NCBI RefSeq assembly: GCF_000142905.1
Contig: NW_013657658.1
Location: 186,001-250,000, forward strand
From: Thecamonas trahens ATCC 50062
Lineage: Eukaryota; Protista; Apusomonadida
Direction of reading: 5' to 3'
DNA: 64,000 bases
Position numbers and translations under genes: made by a program. A model generated the notes under the pieces. The model had not been told where the DNA came from. It was given only the letters and a program-made list of their open reading frames with translations, and ran no database searches. Below, one piece after another: positions 60,338-64,000 of this stretch. Numbering within the stretch: position 1 is the stretch's first letter; every line of letters starts with the position of its first letter.

Positions 60338-62614
60338 ATGTCAGTTGGGCACGGCGCGGGCACGTTGGCTATGGTCGTTGTCATTTTTGCCTTGGAATGT
60401 GGACAGAGACGTGGCGAAGCGCAGTCTTTGGCCAACTTTCATGTTCTTCCTGAATCTATCCAGCCGCTTCCCTTTGTCATCGCTCCGATTCTCCTCCCTG
60501 GCGACAGAATGGCGGTCATTGCGCCGGTGGCCGAGCCGTCGGTGTTGGCGGTGGATGGTCACAGCTCGCGCAAGCTTCTGCAGCTCCCGCCGTCAGCGAC
60601 TTTAGTCTCGATCTGCAAGCGCGATGGTACCGGATGTGTGGCATCGACGGTGGCGGCGATGGGTTTTGCGCTCCCGGTCATGGCGGTTGTGGCGCCCAGG
60701 TCGGGCAGGATATACATCGCGCTGGTGTCTTCGGCCGGCGAGCTGAAGATCGGCAGGTGCTCTCTGGTGGTAGACAATTGTATGGTGCTGCCGCTCCGCG
60801 AGAGCACCAACTTGATGCAGGCGCAGGCGTATGACTTGTCCATCAGCCCCGATGAGGACTATCTCATTGTCACGATGGCGGTGGCAGAGGCGGCTGGGTC
60901 GCGCACCAGATACAGGCTGGTGTTGGCGAGCATCGCCACCGCAGCCTCGCCGTCGGCCAGCCAACCGCTAGTCTCCAATCATGCCGTAGCTGAGACCCGC
61001 ACTACAGCGATCATTGACTCGTCGTCGCTTGTGGTCATTGCCGATGGCTTGGACGCCACTGTTGTTGTCTTTGACTCGGGCGCACTCGTCGCGTATCCAT
61101 GCAGCCTTCCGACGGAAGAGCAAGTCGGCGGATGCAGAGCGCAGTCGATTCTGGCTCCAGCGATCTCGAGCGGGCCGACGTACCAATCGATTGCTGTGGC
61201 CGTCGACGACACGAACTCGCGCAGGCTGTTTGCTGTCGGTGCAAGCCGTCAGTACGCGCACGGATCAGGAACGCGGGCCGCCGCCAGTCCCGTCAGAAGC
61301 GATCAGACCAAGCTCGTCTCGTGCGCGATGGACCTCACAGGCTGCATCGACGTCGAGCTCCCGATCGCAGAGACTGGCAAAGCGGTGGCAGTCTCGGGCT
61401 TGATCGTTGATCCGGTCCGGCGCGCTGCGGTCATCATGCAGCAGGTGATAGCGGGTGCGGTGGGCAAGATGCAGGTGACGACGTGCCGACTTGAGGGCAC
61501 CAAGTCGTGTGCGGTCGAGCAGCTGGCGGACGGCCTCCTCAACGCGGCGATGGTGTACGATCCGGCAGCGCGGACTGGTATTGTTTACGCCACTGCCGGG
61601 TTAGCACAGGGCGTGGCTGCCTACTCGCCGCCAGCCAACGAGGAGCTCTGTGCTGAGGTGATGATTGCTACCGGGTGCGCCGCCGGTGAGTGTCTCCCTG
61701 TCTGCGCATCCGGGACATCCGCGGCAAACGCAGTGGTTGCCGACACCGCCATCGACCTTTCGGCAATGAGCGGCGAAGTCGCGATGACGATCAAGCTCGC
61801 ACTCGGCCGGCGCGCCTCGCTCCGTCTGGGACCGCTGATCCGTGTTCGATTCGAGGCACTGGAACTGTTTGACTCTGCGACCGAACCATCAACGATTCAG
61901 GTGGAGTGGAACCCGGGCCAGACCGAGCCAAGCATCAGCGCGCCGTATGTGGCGGCCGGCGGCAGGGTTGTGGTCCGCGTCCCCACCGGAGTCGTAATCA
62001 CCCGCGGCGAGTCGATGGTCCTGCTCCGATACTTGTCGATCGACGGAGCGTTTTCCGACGACGCTGTCGAGGTCGAGCCCCAGTACTCAGCACGGTCGGC
62101 GAGCTCGGCAAGCCACGCCAGCGTGTGGATCGAGTGCAAGTGGGGTGAGTGCTTGATCACGACGACGACGCCGCCGCCACCACCACCACCTTGGGCGTCG
62201 TCCGCGTCGGCATCGGTAGAAGGAGCGGATCCGCCATCGAGACCAAGCAGCGTCTGGCAGTACGAAGTCGGCTCTGCAGTTGTGGCGATAGCTGTGACGA
62301 TTACGGTTTTGGTGGTTTGCTTGGTACGGCGGCGACGGAAGCGAAGGTCTGCGTCGCGCTTCCAGCTTGGTGCCCTCACGCCGCGATCGCGAGCGGCAGC
62401 CGTGCCGATGTTGAGCATGAGCTCCGACTCGGAGACGGCAACGGATCCGGTGCCTCCTGTCATGATCGACGGCGCCACGCTGGCCGCCAAAGTCATCCAG
62501 AGCCGCAACCCAGCGTTTGGTGGTGCAGCTTCTACCTCGCACTCGAGCGACTCTGACACGCTTGACACGGCAGAGTCGTCGTTTGCGCCGTCGATCGAGT
62601 ACTCGTCGTACTGA
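60338..62614 (+). CDS. Type I membrane protein with a beta-rich, Cys-containing ectodomain
   Basis: Signal-like N-terminus, repeated C-x5/6-C pairs, a Pro/Thr stalk, TM SAVVAIAVTITVLVVCLV followed by RRRRKRR, and a Ser-rich tail. Confidence 0.7.
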   Translation: MSVGHGAGTLAMVVVIFALECGQRRGEAQSLANFHVLPESIQPLPFVIAPILLPGDRMAVIAPVAEPSVLAVDGHSSRKLLQLPPSATLVSICKRDGTGCVASTVAAMGFALPVMAVVAPRSGRIYIALVSSAGELKIGRCSLVVDNCMVLPLRESTNLMQAQAYDLSISPDEDYLIVTMAVAEAAGSRTRYRLVLASIATAASPSASQPLVSNHAVAETRTTAIIDSSSLVVIADGLDATVVVFDSGALVAYPCSLPTEEQVGGCRAQSILAPAISSGPTYQSIAVAVDDTNSRRLFAVGASRQYAHGSGTRAAASPVRSDQTKLVSCAMDLTGCIDVELPIAETGKAVAVSGLIVDPVRRAAVIMQQVIAGAVGKMQVTTCRLEGTKSCAVEQLADGLLNAAMVYDPAARTGIVYATAGLAQGVAAYSPPANEELCAEVMIATGCAAGECLPVCASGTSAANAVVADTAIDLSAMSGEVAMTIKLALGRRASLRLGPLIRVRFEALELFDSATEPSTIQVEWNPGQTEPSISAPYVAAGGRVVVRVPTGVVITRGESMVLLRYLSIDGAFSDDAVEVEPQYSARSASSASHASVWIECKWGECLITTTTPPPPPPPWASSASASVEGADPPSRPSSVWQYEVGSAVVAIAVTITVLVVCLVRRRRKRRSASRFQLGALTPRSRAAAVPMLSMSSDSETATDPVPPVMIDGATLAAKVIQSRNPAFGGAASTSHSSDSDTLDTAESSFAPSIEYSSY

Positions 62615-62650
62615 ATCAAGCGCAGGGCGGAGCAGTGTTCATTGGCGCCG

Positions 62651-63455
62651 TCATGGCGGGCGAGCGACCGAGTGAATGCGCTTGACCAGGACACCAAGGT
62701 CCTCGGGCCGCATGGGGATTTCGGTGTGGAGCTCGGCCACAATGGTCTCACCCGAGTCAACCTTGGGGTCAAAGTGGAACTTGACGGTGGTCTCGCTGCC
62801 AGCGGCCGACATAAAAGTAGTGCGCAGAGTGAGGACGCCTTGCTCCGAGACGGCGATGATGTCAACAAGAGGGAGGACCCGCGGCGAAACAACCGGCAGC
62901 GGCGGCGTAGACGTTGACGGTGGATGGTTGGCCTGCGCCTGTGCCTGCGCCTGTGCCTGCGCCTGCGCCTGCGCCTGCGCCTGCGCCTGCGCTTGCTGCT
63001 GGGCATAGACGTAGGCGTCAGCTTGCGCGGCCTGTGCAGCCTGGGCCTGGAGCTGGGCCGCGGTGAGCGCATACTGGGCGGCATAGGCTTCGGCCGCCAA
63101 TTGGCGAGCCTGGCCAGCGTCGGTGGTGGCGGCCTGCAGGCGGGCCTGCTCGGCGGCGTATGCTTGGGCCTGCAGGTCGGCCTGGATGCGAGCTTGTTCG
63201 GCGGCGTATGCTTGTGCCTGTGCCTGTTCAGCGGCGTAGGCCTGCGCCTGCGCCTGCGCCAGCACTTGGGCTTGGACTTGCGCTTGCTGCTGCGCCAGAG
63301 CCTGCGCCTGTGCCTGCGCCTGTGCCTGCGCCTTTTGCTGCGCGAGCGCATCTGCTTGCGCCTGTGCAATAGCAAGAGCTTGCGCCTGAGCCTGCGCCAA
63401 CGCCTGAGCCTGCGCCTGCGCTTGCGCCTGCGCCTGAGCCTGAGCCTGCGCCTGC

Positions 63456-63505
<50 letters not shown>

Positions 63506-64000
63506 TTGCGCCTGAGCCTGTGCTTGCGCCTGAGCCTCTGCTTGCGCCTGAGCCTGCGCCTGAGCCTGCGCTTGTGCCTGAGCTTGCGCCTGGGCCCGAG
63601 CTTGCGCCTGAACCAGAGCATCGACTTGCATCTGTGAGTCGGCGGTGTGGGTGTGGGCGACGTCGCCTACCAGCTCGGGTGCCGGATCAAGAGGGGGCGG
63701 AGCATCAGAGCCAGGGTCAGTGCCGCGCGGAGCAGGCGGCTCGGACGGCTGCGGCTCGGCAGGGCGCGGCGTGCCTGGGGCGCCGATGCCCACCCCAGCG
63801 GCGGGCCCGGCAACGAGTGCGGGAGCGGCGGCGGCGGCAAAAGCAGCGGCAGCGGCGGACGCGGCGACAGCAGCGGTAGCAGCGGCAGCGGCATCCTCGT
63901 CAGCCGAGGCGTACGGCGGCGGCGGCTCTGCTGGCGCCAGTGTGGTGGCCGGTGACGGCTCAGGCTTTTCAACGGGCGAGCCGGGCTGCGGCACATACTC
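62651..64000 (-). CDS. 3' end of a probable WNK-type kinase: AQ repeats plus a CCT-like (PF2/OSR1-C) domain; begins beyond the window
   Basis: The C-terminal LTLRTTF......[20 protein letters not shown]......D....I matches the WNK/OSR1 F.FD...D....VA.EM pattern. No kinase domain is visible in the window. Confidence 0.55.
62930..63610 (-). repeat. Coding hexamer repeats (GCGCAG/GCTCAG/GCACAG) encoding poly(Ala-Gln)
   Basis: Seen directly. Confidence 0.95.

Noticed and set aside
60019-60453. 144-aa ORF between two genes
   Set aside because: It has no recognisable motif, overlaps the next gene's start, and is probably UTR or intergenic.
1-64000. Hundreds of long overlapping antisense and alternate-frame ORFs in the ORF track
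   Set aside because: These are shadows of real genes caused by high GC3; they are Ser/Ala/Arg-rich and have no motifs.

Overview
This is a GC-rich, very gene-dense eukaryotic nuclear window from a draft assembly with six N-gaps. Gene content and intron style suggest an intron-poor flagellated protist such as the apusomonad Thecamonas trahens (inference only). About 27 protein genes are present. Recognisable ones are VPS8, NEMF/Rqc2, CCT8, KARS1, SLC25A3, NOM1, POLR1D, CLNS1A, a long-tailed myosin I, a PHYHD1-like dioxygenase, KGD4-like, FAM227-like, NICE-3-like, an acid lipase, a PLC-X protein, a Myb protein, a CCCH protein and a probable WNK kinase 3' end. Several genes have unusual domain architectures: a formin with two N-terminal CAP-Gly domains, a Rieske ferredoxin fused to an FAD/NAD reductase, a polytopic-membrane RasGAP, a polytopic-membrane Cys phosphatase, a coiled-coil/filamin/Zn-finger/PDZ protein and a ~3150-aa coiled coil. 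Introns (mostly GTACG donors) cluster at gene 5' ends. Eleven frameshift sites are all best repaired by adding missing bases; these are most likely assembly undercalls but can be tested against RNA. I saw no rRNA, tRNA, CRISPR array or mobile element. All family calls come from motif recognition by eye, not database searches.
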